In this document: positions 8,582 to 16,132 of the stretch, piece by piece | How positions within the stretch are numbered: position 1 is the stretch's first letter | Layout: each line of letters opens with the position of its first letter | From: Kineococcus radiotolerans SRS30216 = ATCC BAA-149 | GTDB lineage: Bacteria; Actinomycetota; Actinomycetes; Actinomycetales; Kineococcaceae | Length of the DNA stretch: 32,000 nucleotides | NCBI RefSeq assembly: GCF_000017305.1 | Contig: NC_009664.2 | Location: 2,580,001 to 2,612,000, forward strand | Direction of reading: 5' to 3' | Made by a program: the position numbers and the translations under genes | Notes under the pieces: model-generated | Seen by the model: only the letters and a program-made list of their open reading frames with translations | What the model was told of the DNA's origin: nothing | Database searches by the model: none

Positions 8582-9712
8582 ATGACGACGACCCCCAGCA
8601 CCCCTGCGGTCCCGCGGTTGCGGGCGAACATGGCCGGAGTCCCCGCCTACGTGGCGGGGAAGCCGGCGGTGGCCCGCGCGGGGCTGGAGGTCTTCAAGCT
8701 GTCCTCCAACGAGAACCCCTTCCCGCCGCTGCCGAGCGTGCTCACCGCGATCGCCCGGGCCGCGGCCACGGTCAACCGCTACCCCGACCCGACGGCGGGC
8801 GCGATGCTCGCCGCCGTCGCGACGCGGTGGGGGGTGGGCGTGGAGGACCTCGCGACGGCCACCGGCAGCGTCCGGCTGCTGGCGCAGCTGGCCGAGATCA
8901 CCTGCGCCCCCGGCGACGAGGTCGTCTACGCGTGGCGGGCCTTCGAGGCGTACCCGATCACCGCGGCGATCGCGGACGCGACGGCGGTGGAGGTCCCGCT
9001 CACCGCCGACGCGCGCCACGACCTGCCCGCGATGCTCGCCGCGATCACCGAGCGGACCCGGCTGGTCATCCTGTGCTCGCCGAACAACCCGACCGGCCCG
9101 GCCCTGCGCCGGGCTGAGCTCGAGCGGTTCCTGGCCGCGGTGCCGCGGGACGTGCTGGTCGTCCTGGACGAGGCCTACCGGGAGTTCGTCGACGACCCCG
9201 AGGTGCCCGACGGGGTGGAGCTGTGGCGCGAGCACCCGAACCTGGTCGTGCTGCGGACCTTCTCCAAGGCGTACGGGCTGGCGGGCCTGCGGGTGGGGGT
9301 GGCGCTGGCCCACCCCGAGGTCGCCTCGACCCTGCGCCGGTCCGCGACGCCGTTCGGCGTCTCGGCCATCGCCCAGGCCGCGGTCGTGGCCTCGTTGCAG
9401 ACCGCCGCCGAGGCGGAGCTGCTGGAGCGCGTCGCGACGCTGGTGGCGGAGCGCAACCGGGTGGTGGCGGGGCTGCGCGAGCAGGGCTGGGACGTGCCGG
9501 ACGCGCAGGGCAACTTCCTGTGGCTGCCGGTGGGGGAGCGCGCGGTGGAGCTCGCCGGGGCGTTCGGCGCGGAGGGGCTGGCCGTGCGCCCGTTCGCCGG
9601 TGCCGGGATCCGGGTCACCGTCGCCGAGACCGCCGCCAACGACCGTCTCCTGCGGGTCGCCGCGACCCTGCTGGCGCCGGGTCAGCGCGCGGGGGCCGAC
9701 GTCTCGTCGTAG
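8582..9712 (+). CDS. histidinol-phosphate/aromatic amino acid aminotransferase (HisC2/Pat-like, class II PLP enzyme)
   Basis: ATG lies 5 nt after the preceding stop. RLR..MAGVPAYVAGK N-terminus, SSNENP, CSPNNPTG and the PLP-lysine motif FSKAYGLAGLRVG. Confidence 0.85.
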   Translation: MTTTPSTPAVPRLRANMAGVPAYVAGKPAVARAGLEVFKLSSNENPFPPLPSVLTAIARAAATVNRYPDPTAGAMLAAVATRWGVGVEDLATATGSVRLLAQLAEITCAPGDEVVYAWRAFEAYPITAAIADATAVEVPLTADARHDLPAMLAAITERTRLVILCSPNNPTGPALRRAELERFLAAVPRDVLVVLDEAYREFVDDPEVPDGVELWREHPNLVVLRTFSKAYGLAGLRVGVALAHPEVASTLRRSATPFGVSAIAQAAVVASLQTAAEAELLERVATLVAERNRVVAGLREQGWDVPDAQGNFLWLPVGERAVELAGAFGAEGLAVRPFAGAGIRVTVAETAANDRLLRVAATLLAPGQRAGADVSS

Positions 9713-9894
9713 ACGAAGATCTCCTCGATGGGGCGCTCGAGCAGCCTCGCCAGCCGGAAGGCCAGCGGCAGGCTGGGGTCGTAGCGGCCGGTCTCCAGGG
9801 CGTTCACGGTCTGCCGGGACACGTCGAGCAGGTCGGCCAGGGCGGCCTGGGTCCAGCCGCGCTCGGTGCGCAGGGCCCGGATGCGGTTGTCCAC
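9682..9894 (-). CDS. XRE-family helix-turn-helix transcriptional regulator (short, YozG-like)
   Basis: 70 aa from GTG 9894. IRALRTERGWTQAALADLLDVSRQTVNALETGRYDPSLPLAFRLA is a canonical HTH_3/Cro-C1 sequence. Confidence 0.8.
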   Translation of the reverse strand: MDNRIRALRTERGWTQAALADLLDVSRQTVNALETGRYDPSLPLAFRLARLLERPIEEIFVYDETSAPAR

Positions 9895-9902
9895 GGGGGA
9901 CC

Positions 9903-10334
9903 TCAGCGCCGCGCGGTGACGGCGGCGGCCACGATCCAGCTCAGCATGCCCGCGGCGAACAGCAGCCACGGCAGCAGCTGCGCCGGCAGCGGCAGGCCGG
10001 CGATCGTCAGCATCCCGAGCAGCACGCAGGCGAGCATGGTCGCCGCGAACGAGACCGCGAGGGCGCCCAGCTGCAGGAGGCGGGCGTACTCGTCGGAGCG
10101 GCGGATCCCGCGGGCGACGGCGCGCACGAGCAGCGCGGCGGGCAGGACGGGCAGCAGGGCCCACGCGTAGCGCCAGGGGCCGTCCCCGTCCAGGTCGCCC
10201 CACACGCCCACGGCCACGACGGCGACGACGTAGCCGGCGATGGCGGGGAAGAAGTCGCGGGCGTAGGCGCGGGTCCGGGCGCGGTCGCCGGCGCTGGACC
10301 GCGGCGAGCCGGTGGTGTCAAGGTCGCTTGTCAT
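9903..10334 (-). CDS. small integral membrane protein (about 4 TM helices), partner of the downstream HTH regulator
   Basis: ATG at 10334. 143 aa with four hydrophobic segments. Only the 3' end of the 584-aa track ORF is plausible. The stop lies 8 nt before the HTH start. Confidence 0.65.
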   Translation of the reverse strand: MTSDLDTTGSPRSSAGDRARTRAYARDFFPAIAGYVVAVVAVGVWGDLDGDGPWRYAWALLPVLPAALLVRAVARGIRRSDEYARLLQLGALAVSFAATMLACVLLGMLTIAGLPLPAQLLPWLLFAAGMLSWIVAAAVTARR

Positions 10335-10423
10335 GACTCGAGAGTGGCGGGCCCGGGCGCTCGTGTCAAGGGTGCTTGACGTGGATCCGTGGGCCCCAGG
10401 TGTGGCGTTCCTCCCTACGCCGT

Positions 10424-10449
10424 CGTAACGTACGCTCCCGTAACGTACG
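10424..10449. promoter_or_regulatory. two copies of the 11-bp direct repeat CGTAACGTACG (10424-10434 and 10439-10449) in a divergent promoter region
   Basis: Read directly from the sequence. The repeats are flanked by inverted CCTACG (10414-10419) and CGTAGG (10454-10459). TACG recurs at 10416, 10431 and 10446, a 15-bp phase. Confidence 0.35.
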
Positions 10450-10514
10450 GAACCGTAGGTTGGCGCTGGTCGCCGTGACCGCGGCCCCGCACCCGAGACT
10501 CCGGAGGAACCCAC

Positions 10515-11687
10515 GTGACCGACGCAGCGGTCGGCCCGGACCGGGCCGGTGAGCGCCAAGGGGCGCAGCAGGGCGACATGGTGCAGCTGCTCGGGCCGGA
10601 CGGCGTGCGCCGCACCCACCCCGAGCACGAGGTCGACCTCGAACCCGAGGAGCTGCTCGCGCTGCTGCGCGACATGGTCCTGCTGCGCCGCCTCGACGCC
10701 GAGGGCGAGGCCCTCCAGCGCCAGGGCCAGCTCGGGCTGTGGCCCGGCAGCCGCGGGCAGGAGGCCGCCCAGGTCGGCTCCGCCACGGCGTGCCGCCGCC
10801 AGGACCAGGTCTTCCCCAGCTACCGCGACCACGGCGCCGTGCTCGGGCGCGGCATCGACCCCGTCGACATCCTCAGCATCTTCCGCGGGGTCGACCACGG
10901 CGGCTGGGACCCGGCCGAGCAGCGCGTCCACCCCTACACCCTCGTCATCGCCGCGCAGATGCTGCCGGCCGTCGGCTACGGCATGGCCGTCCAGCGCGAC
11001 GGGGCCGTCGGCACCGGCGACCCCGAGCGCGACACCGCCGTCATCACCTACTTCGGCGACGGGGCGACCTCGCAGGGCGAGGCCGCCGAGGCCCTGAACT
11101 GGGCCGCGGTCTTCCAGGCCCCCGTCGTCTTCCTCTGCCAGAACAACCAGTGGGCCATCTCCGAGCCGGTCTCGCGGCAGTCGCCCGTCCCGCTGCACAA
11201 GCGGGCCGAGGGGGCCGGGATGCCCGGGGTCCTCGTCGACGGCAACGACGTCCTCGCCGTCCTCGCCGTCACCCGCGCCGCCCTGGAACGGGCCCGCAGC
11301 GGCGGCGGCCCGACCTTCGTCGAGGCCTTCACCTACCGCATGGGCGCGCACACCACCGCCGACGACCCCACCCGCTACCGCCTCTCCGCCGAGACCGAGG
11401 CCTGGCGGGAGAAGGACCCGATCGACCGGTTCCGCACCTACCTGCGCGCCGAGGGGATCCTCGACGACGAGTACGAGGCCGCGCTGGCCGCCGAGGCCGA
11501 CGAGTTCGCCGCCCGGCTGCGCGCGGGCGTCATCGCCCTGCCCGACCCGCAGCCGGTGTCGATGTTCGACCACGCCTACGCCGAACCGCACCCGCAGGTC
11601 CTCGCCGAGCGCGACGAGTTCCTCGCGGCCTGGGAGCAGCACGAGCGTGAGGTCCACGCGGAGGAACTGGTCGGAGGGGCGTCCTGA
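10515..11687 (+). CDS. 2-oxoacid (branched-chain keto acid/pyruvate) dehydrogenase E1 component alpha subunit, TPP-dependent
   Basis: GTG at 10515 is preceded by GGAGGA (10503-10508). TPP motif YFGDGATSQGEAAEALNWAAVFQAPVVFLCQNNQWAIS. Confidence 0.9.
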   Translation: MTDAAVGPDRAGERQGAQQGDMVQLLGPDGVRRTHPEHEVDLEPEELLALLRDMVLLRRLDAEGEALQRQGQLGLWPGSRGQEAAQVGSATACRRQDQVFPSYRDHGAVLGRGIDPVDILSIFRGVDHGGWDPAEQRVHPYTLVIAAQMLPAVGYGMAVQRDGAVGTGDPERDTAVITYFGDGATSQGEAAEALNWAAVFQAPVVFLCQNNQWAISEPVSRQSPVPLHKRAEGAGMPGVLVDGNDVLAVLAVTRAALERARSGGGPTFVEAFTYRMGAHTTADDPTRYRLSAETEAWREKDPIDRFRTYLRAEGILDDEYEAALAAEADEFAARLRAGVIALPDPQPVSMFDHAYAEPHPQVLAERDEFLAAWEQHEREVHAEELVGGAS

Positions 11688-12670
11688 TGGTGACCATGGC
11701 GATCGGCAAGGCCATCAACGCGGGGTTGCGCGCGGCGATGGACCGCGACCCCCGGGTGCTGCTCATGGGGGAGGACATCGGCGCTCTCGGCGGGGTCTTC
11801 CGGGTGACCGACGGCCTGCAGAAGGACTTCGGCGAGGACCGCGTCATCGACACCCCGCTGGCCGAGGCCGGCATCGTCGGCACCGCGATCGGGATGGCGC
11901 TGCGCGGGTACCGCCCCGTCTGCGAGATCCAGTTCAACGGGTTCGTGTTCCCCGCCTTCAACCAGATCACCACCCAGCTCGCCAAGCTGCGGGCGCGCTC
12001 GCGCGGGCGGCTGTCGGTGCCCGTCGTCCTGCGCATCCCCAGCGGCGGCGGCATCGGCTCGGTGGAGCACCACTCCGAGAGCCCCGAGGTGCTGTTCGCC
12101 CACACCGCCGGCCTGCGGGTCGTCATGCCGAGCTCCGCGCACGACGCGTACTGGATGGTCCAGCAGTCCATCGCCTCCGCCGACCCGGTCGTGTTCCTCG
12201 AACCCGAGCGCCGGTACTGGGAGAAGAGCGAGGTCGACGTCGACCTCGGGCCCGGTCAGGTCACCCCGCTGCACCGGGCGCGGGTCCTGCGCCCCGGCAC
12301 CGACGCGACGCTCGTCTGCTACGGCCCGACGGTCAAGCTGGCCCTCGACGCGGCCGTGGCGGCCGCCGCGGACGGCACCGACCTCGAGGTCGTCGACCTG
12401 CGCTCGATCTCGCCCCTCGACGTCGACACCGTCGCGGAGTCGGTGCGCCGCACCGGCCGCCTCGTCGTCGTGACCGAGGCCCCGGTGTTCCACGGACCCG
12501 GTGCGGAACTGGCCGCGCGGATCCAGGAGTCCTGCTTCTACTCCCTCGAGGCGCCGGTCAAGCGCGTGGGCGGGTACCACCTGCCCTACCCGGTGGCGCG
12601 GGTGGAGGAGCACTACCTCCCCACGGTCGACCGCGTCCTGGACGCCGTCGAGCAGACGCTCTCCGCCTGA
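11687..12670 (+). CDS. 2-oxoacid dehydrogenase E1 component beta subunit
   Basis: ATGA overlap with the E1alpha stop. Typical E1beta sequence (MGEDIG..GGVFRVT.GL...FG..RV.DTPLAE.GIVG.AIGMA). Confidence 0.95.
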   Translation: MVTMAIGKAINAGLRAAMDRDPRVLLMGEDIGALGGVFRVTDGLQKDFGEDRVIDTPLAEAGIVGTAIGMALRGYRPVCEIQFNGFVFPAFNQITTQLAKLRARSRGRLSVPVVLRIPSGGGIGSVEHHSESPEVLFAHTAGLRVVMPSSAHDAYWMVQQSIASADPVVFLEPERRYWEKSEVDVDLGPGQVTPLHRARVLRPGTDATLVCYGPTVKLALDAAVAAAADGTDLEVVDLRSISPLDVDTVAESVRRTGRLVVVTEAPVFHGPGAELAARIQESCFYSLEAPVKRVGGYHLPYPVARVEEHYLPTVDRVLDAVEQTLSA

Positions 12671-12705
12671 GACCGCAGAACCCCCGAGACCCCCGAAGGA
12701 CCCCG

Positions 12706-14058
12706 TTGAACCAGCGGTTCGCCCTGCCCGACGTCGGTGAAGGACTCACCGAGGCCGAGATCGTCACCTGGAAGGTCAAGCCCGGGGACACCGTCGCCCT
12801 CAACGACGTCCTCCTGGAGATCGAGACCGCCAAGTCCCTGGTCGAGCTGCCCAGCCCCTACGCCGGGGTCGTCGCGGAACTCCTCGTCGCCGAGGGGGAC
12901 ACCGTCGAGGTCGGGACCGACATCGTCGTCGTCGACGACGGCTCGGGCGCCGCCGCGGGACCCGCGGACCCCGAGCCCGCCGCCGAGCCCGCCTCCGAAC
13001 CCGCCGAACCGGCCGACGAACCCGCTGAGCCCGCGGCCGTCGCCGAGGCGAGCCCGCAGCCGGCCCCGGACGGGGGGTCGGGGGCGACGCTGGTCGGCTA
13101 CGGCTCCCGCGAGGTCGCCCCCCGCCGCCGCGGGGCCCGCACGACCCGCGAACCCGCCCCCGCGCCCGGACCCGCCCCCGGGGCGCCGGCCGCGCACGTC
13201 CTGGCCAAACCCCCCGTCCGCAAGCTGGCCCGCGACCTCGGGGTGGACCTCGCCCGGGCCGTGCCCACCGGCCCCGGCGGCACGGTGACCCGCGCCGACG
13301 TCCTCGCCCTGGTGCCCGCCGCCCCGGCCGAACCCCCGCGCCGCGTCGAGCAGCACGCCCGCGAGCGGCACGTCCCCATCCGCGGCATCCGCAAGGCGAC
13401 CGCGGCCGCGATGGTCGAGAGCGCCTTCTCCGCCCCGCACGTCACGGTGTTCACCACCGTCGACGCCACCCGCACCATGAAGCTCGTGCAGCGGCTCAAG
13501 ACCGATCCCGAGTTCGCCGGGATCAAGGTCTCCCCGCTGCTGCTGGTGGCGAAGGCGCTGCTCGTCGCGGTGCGGCGCAACCCCGACATCAACGCGACCT
13601 GGGACGAGGAGAACCAGGTCATCGTCGTGAAGAACTACGTCAACCTCGGGATCGCGGTCGCGACCCCGCGCGGGCTGCTCGTCCCGAACGTCAAGGACGC
13701 CGACGAGATGACGCTGAAGGACCTCGCGGTCCACCTGAACTCCGTCGCCGGCACCGCGCGCGAGGGCCGGGCCGCGCCGCGCGACCTCGCCGGGGGGACC
13801 ATCACCATCAGCAACGTCGGGACGTTCGGCATCGATACCGGGACCCCGATCCTCAACCCGGGCGAGGCGGCGATCCTCGCCGTGGGGAAGATCGCGCAGC
13901 GGCCGTGGGTGCACAAGGGCAAGATCAAGCCCCGCTACCTGGCGACCCTGGGCCTCTCCTTCGACCACCGCATGCTGGACGGCGAGAGCGGTTCGCGGGC
14001 GCTGGCCGACGTTGCCGCCGTCCTGGAGGACCCGGCGCGCGCCCTCACCTGGAGCTGA
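12706..14058 (+). CDS. dihydrolipoamide acyltransferase (E2 component)
   Basis: TTG at 12706 follows GAAGGA. Lipoyl domain with EIETAKS, an EPA-rich linker, a subunit-binding domain (PPVRKLARDLGVDL) and the catalytic DHRMLDG. Confidence 0.9.
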   Translation: MNQRFALPDVGEGLTEAEIVTWKVKPGDTVALNDVLLEIETAKSLVELPSPYAGVVAELLVAEGDTVEVGTDIVVVDDGSGAAAGPADPEPAAEPASEPAEPADEPAEPAAVAEASPQPAPDGGSGATLVGYGSREVAPRRRGARTTREPAPAPGPAPGAPAAHVLAKPPVRKLARDLGVDLARAVPTGPGGTVTRADVLALVPAAPAEPPRRVEQHARERHVPIRGIRKATAAAMVESAFSAPHVTVFTTVDATRTMKLVQRLKTDPEFAGIKVSPLLLVAKALLVAVRRNPDINATWDEENQVIVVKNYVNLGIAVATPRGLLVPNVKDADEMTLKDLAVHLNSVAGTAREGRAAPRDLAGGTITISNVGTFGIDTGTPILNPGEAAILAVGKIAQRPWVHKGKIKPRYLATLGLSFDHRMLDGESGSRALADVAAVLEDPARALTWS

Positions 14059-14066
14059 CGACGCAG

Positions 14067-14083
14067 GGTGAGGTCTTCTCACC
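14067..14083 (+). terminator. weak hairpin after the E2 gene (GGTGAG-GTCTT-CTCACC)
   Basis: 6-bp stem with a 5-nt loop, 9 nt after the E2 stop. There is no U-tract and the stem is short. Confidence 0.3.
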
Positions 14084-14150
14084 GGGTGTTGAGAGGACTA
14101 CCTTCTGCGGTCAAGGAGCCTGTGAGGTTCCCGTGACCTGGGAGAGTGCA

Positions 14151-15236
14151 ATGGCGCCAAGACTCCGTTCCACAGCAGTGCTGGTTGTCGCCGCGGCGGC
14201 CAGTGTGATTCTCGCCGCACCTGCAAGTGCAGCTCCACCGACGAACCCTGTGACCGTCGTCGCGTCCGGTCTCGACGGCCCCACCGGCCTCAGCAGTTGG
14301 AACGGGCGGGTCGTGGTGGCCGAGACCGTCACAGGGCGCATCGCCACCGGGGCGCCAGTGAGCTCGAAGAAGTTGACCACGGCGCGTCGGGGCTTCGCCG
14401 CTCCCACGGGTGTGGACCGCAAGTACGACACCTACTACGTGGTGACGGGCGAGGCCGCCGAGGGAGCTCCTCTGGAAGGTACATCCACCCTCTACACAGT
14501 CAGGCGCGCCACGATCCGTCAACCGATCGACCTGCGTGCCTATGAGCTCGCGAACAACCCTGACGGTCAGGTGCAGTTCGACGCGGACGGCGTCCCCTAC
14601 GACGCGTTGAGCAACCCCTACAGCGTCTTGGCGGGCCGTGGCTTCGACGAACGGGTCTTCGTCGCGGACGCCGGAGCCAACGACGTCCTGGTCGTGGACC
14701 AGAACGGGAAGGTCAGCACCTTCTTCGTGCCGCCGCTCGTCACCACCGGAGCGTGTGCGGGCGTGGAGAACGACAACCCTGGCGTCACGGGTTGCGATCC
14801 GGTACCCACTGGTCTGGCCTGGGGCCCCGACGGCAACCTGTACGTGTCGACCCTTTCGGCTTTCGCGCCGGGGGAAGGTCGTGTCTACGTCCTCGATCCC
14901 TTCGGGGGGACGGTCCTGGGGGTCATCTCCGGGTTCACCGCTCCGACCGGTGTCGCGGTCGGAGCCGACGGGTCGGTGTACGTCTCGGAGGCTCTCGAGG
15001 GGGCCCCGGCGGGCGAGGGTCCGCCGACGACGGACCTCGACCCCGCCACCATCGGACAGGTCCTCAGAGTCGACCGGCAGGGTCGCAGGACCGCTGCCCA
15101 GGTCACGATGCCGCTCGACCTCGAAGTGGTGGACGGGCAGTTGTACTCCACGGCGTGGAGCTTGGCTGCCCAGTTCGGTCTGAGGAACCGGGGCGAGATC
15201 GTTCGCATCGACGCCGCAGCGTTCCGTCCTCTCTGA
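14151..15236 (+). CDS. secreted beta-propeller protein, ScyD/ScyE-like
   Basis: ATG at 14151 follows GGGAGAG. Signal peptide ...AAPASA/AP. Repeated blade-like motifs (GLDGPTGL, NPYSVL...VFVADAGANDVLVVD, PTGLAWGPDGNLYVS, PTGVAVGADGSVYVSE). Lower GC than the flanking genes. Confidence 0.6.
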   Translation: MAPRLRSTAVLVVAAAASVILAAPASAAPPTNPVTVVASGLDGPTGLSSWNGRVVVAETVTGRIATGAPVSSKKLTTARRGFAAPTGVDRKYDTYYVVTGEAAEGAPLEGTSTLYTVRRATIRQPIDLRAYELANNPDGQVQFDADGVPYDALSNPYSVLAGRGFDERVFVADAGANDVLVVDQNGKVSTFFVPPLVTTGACAGVENDNPGVTGCDPVPTGLAWGPDGNLYVSTLSAFAPGEGRVYVLDPFGGTVLGVISGFTAPTGVAVGADGSVYVSEALEGAPAGEGPPTTDLDPATIGQVLRVDRQGRRTAAQVTMPLDLEVVDGQLYSTAWSLAAQFGLRNRGEIVRIDAAAFRPL

Positions 15237-15256
15237 GAGATCTGCTGCGGTCCCGG

Positions 15257-16021
15257 TCAGCGGTTGGTCACGGAGATCCTCACCGGGCCACCGCTGACCG
15301 GAACGGTGTCGTTGTAGGCGTCCGAGCCGTAGTAGACCCCGATGAGGTAGGTCGCGCCGGCGGTCAGGGTGACGGGGGACTCGCAGTCCCAGTCGTCGGC
15401 GTTCTCGACCAGCCGGGTGCTGCCGCCGGGCAGGACCTCGAGGATCCCGGCCTGCTGGGCCCAGTCGCCGTGGGTGTTGCCCTGGGCCCAGCCGGAGGCG
15501 GGGGCGACGGAGACCTGCGGGGCGGGGCCGGTCGCCGCGGGGCGGTAGCTGTACCAGACGGTGTTGGTCTGAACGGGGGACTCGTTCGAGAGCTCGCAGC
15601 GCTCGTAGTTCTTCAGTTGCGGGCCGTCCGCGTCGGCCCCGGCGGTGTCCACCGTCGTGGTGAAGGGCAGGCCACCGATCGGCTCCGCGGCGCCCATCCG
15701 GTCGTTGGCGGGGGCAGCCGACGTCGGCCGCGGGGCGGGGGCGGACTTTGCGGTGCAGGCCAGGACCTTCCCGGTGCGGCGGTCGAGGGCCTTTGCGCCC
15801 TTCGCGGCGCCCCGGGCGGTGACGACGACCGGGCCGGCGCTCCTCGCGCCGGCCGTGGACAACTGCGAGGCGTTCTTGGACCCCTTGCCGCACTCCCAGG
15901 TCATCGCAGGGGTCGTGGCGGCTTCGGCCGGCGCGGCCACCGCCGCCGCGGCCAGGGCGGCCCCGAGCAGGGCCCCCGACCAGCGCAGGTGACGGGTGCG
16001 GACGGACGGACGTGCGGTCAT
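15257..16021 (-). CDS. secreted hypothetical protein, paralog A (C-terminal LPF..DT / WY.Y / ENADDWDC / TYLIGV domain)
   Basis: 254 aa. Signal peptide ending AEA/A. SD GAGGGGGA lies upstream of the ATG at 16021. The C-terminal ~150 aa is about 55-65 percent identical by eye to the gene at 16133-17131. Confidence 0.65.
   Translation of the reverse strand: MTARPSVRTRHLRWSGALLGAALAAAAVAAPAEAATTPAMTWECGKGSKNASQLSTAGARSAGPVVVTARGAAKGAKALDRRTGKVLACTAKSAPAPRPTSAAPANDRMGAAEPIGGLPFTTTVDTAGADADGPQLKNYERCELSNESPVQTNTVWYSYRPAATGPAPQVSVAPASGWAQGNTHGDWAQQAGILEVLPGGSTRLVENADDWDCESPVTLTAGATYLIGVYYGSDAYNDTVPVSGGPVRISVTNR
15380..15412. repeat. 33-bp stretch identical to 16256-16288 (copy 1)
   Basis: CTCGCAGTCCCAGTCGTCGGCGTTCTCGACCAG occurs at both positions in the same orientation. 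It encodes LVENADDWDCE on the minus strand. Confidence 0.85.
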
Positions 16022-16132
16022 CGGGAATCCCCCTCGTTGACGCTGTGTTGCTCCCCCATCGGCAACGCTAGGTCGTTCGGGTGATCCCTCAGTAACTTTC
16101 TGTCACATTCACCCGGATGGTCCAAGGGGTCC

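Noticed and set aside
10335-11657. Upstream part of the 584-aa minus-strand ORF 9903-11657
   Set aside because: It is antisense to the E1alpha gene, which has an unmistakable TPP motif. Only the 3' 143 codons, after the ATG at 10334, look like a real membrane protein.
12940-13060. Short tandem-like GAGCCCGCC / GAACCCGCC repeats that could look like a microsatellite or repeat array
   Set aside because: They encode the Pro/Ala/Glu-rich (EPA)n flexible linker between the lipoyl and subunit-binding domains of E2, which is a normal feature of these enzymes. There is no spacer/repeat architecture, so this is not a CRISPR array.
13905-14150. N-terminal extension of the ScyD/ScyE-like ORF back to 13905
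   Set aside because: It would overlap the E2 coding region by ~150 nt in another frame. The ATG at 14151 has an SD and is immediately followed by a signal peptide.
12613-15893. Long minus-strand ORFs 12613-14082 (489 aa) and 14079-15893 (604 aa)
   Set aside because: They are antisense to the E2 and ScyD/ScyE-like genes, Arg/Gly/Asp/Pro-rich, and without recognisable domains.
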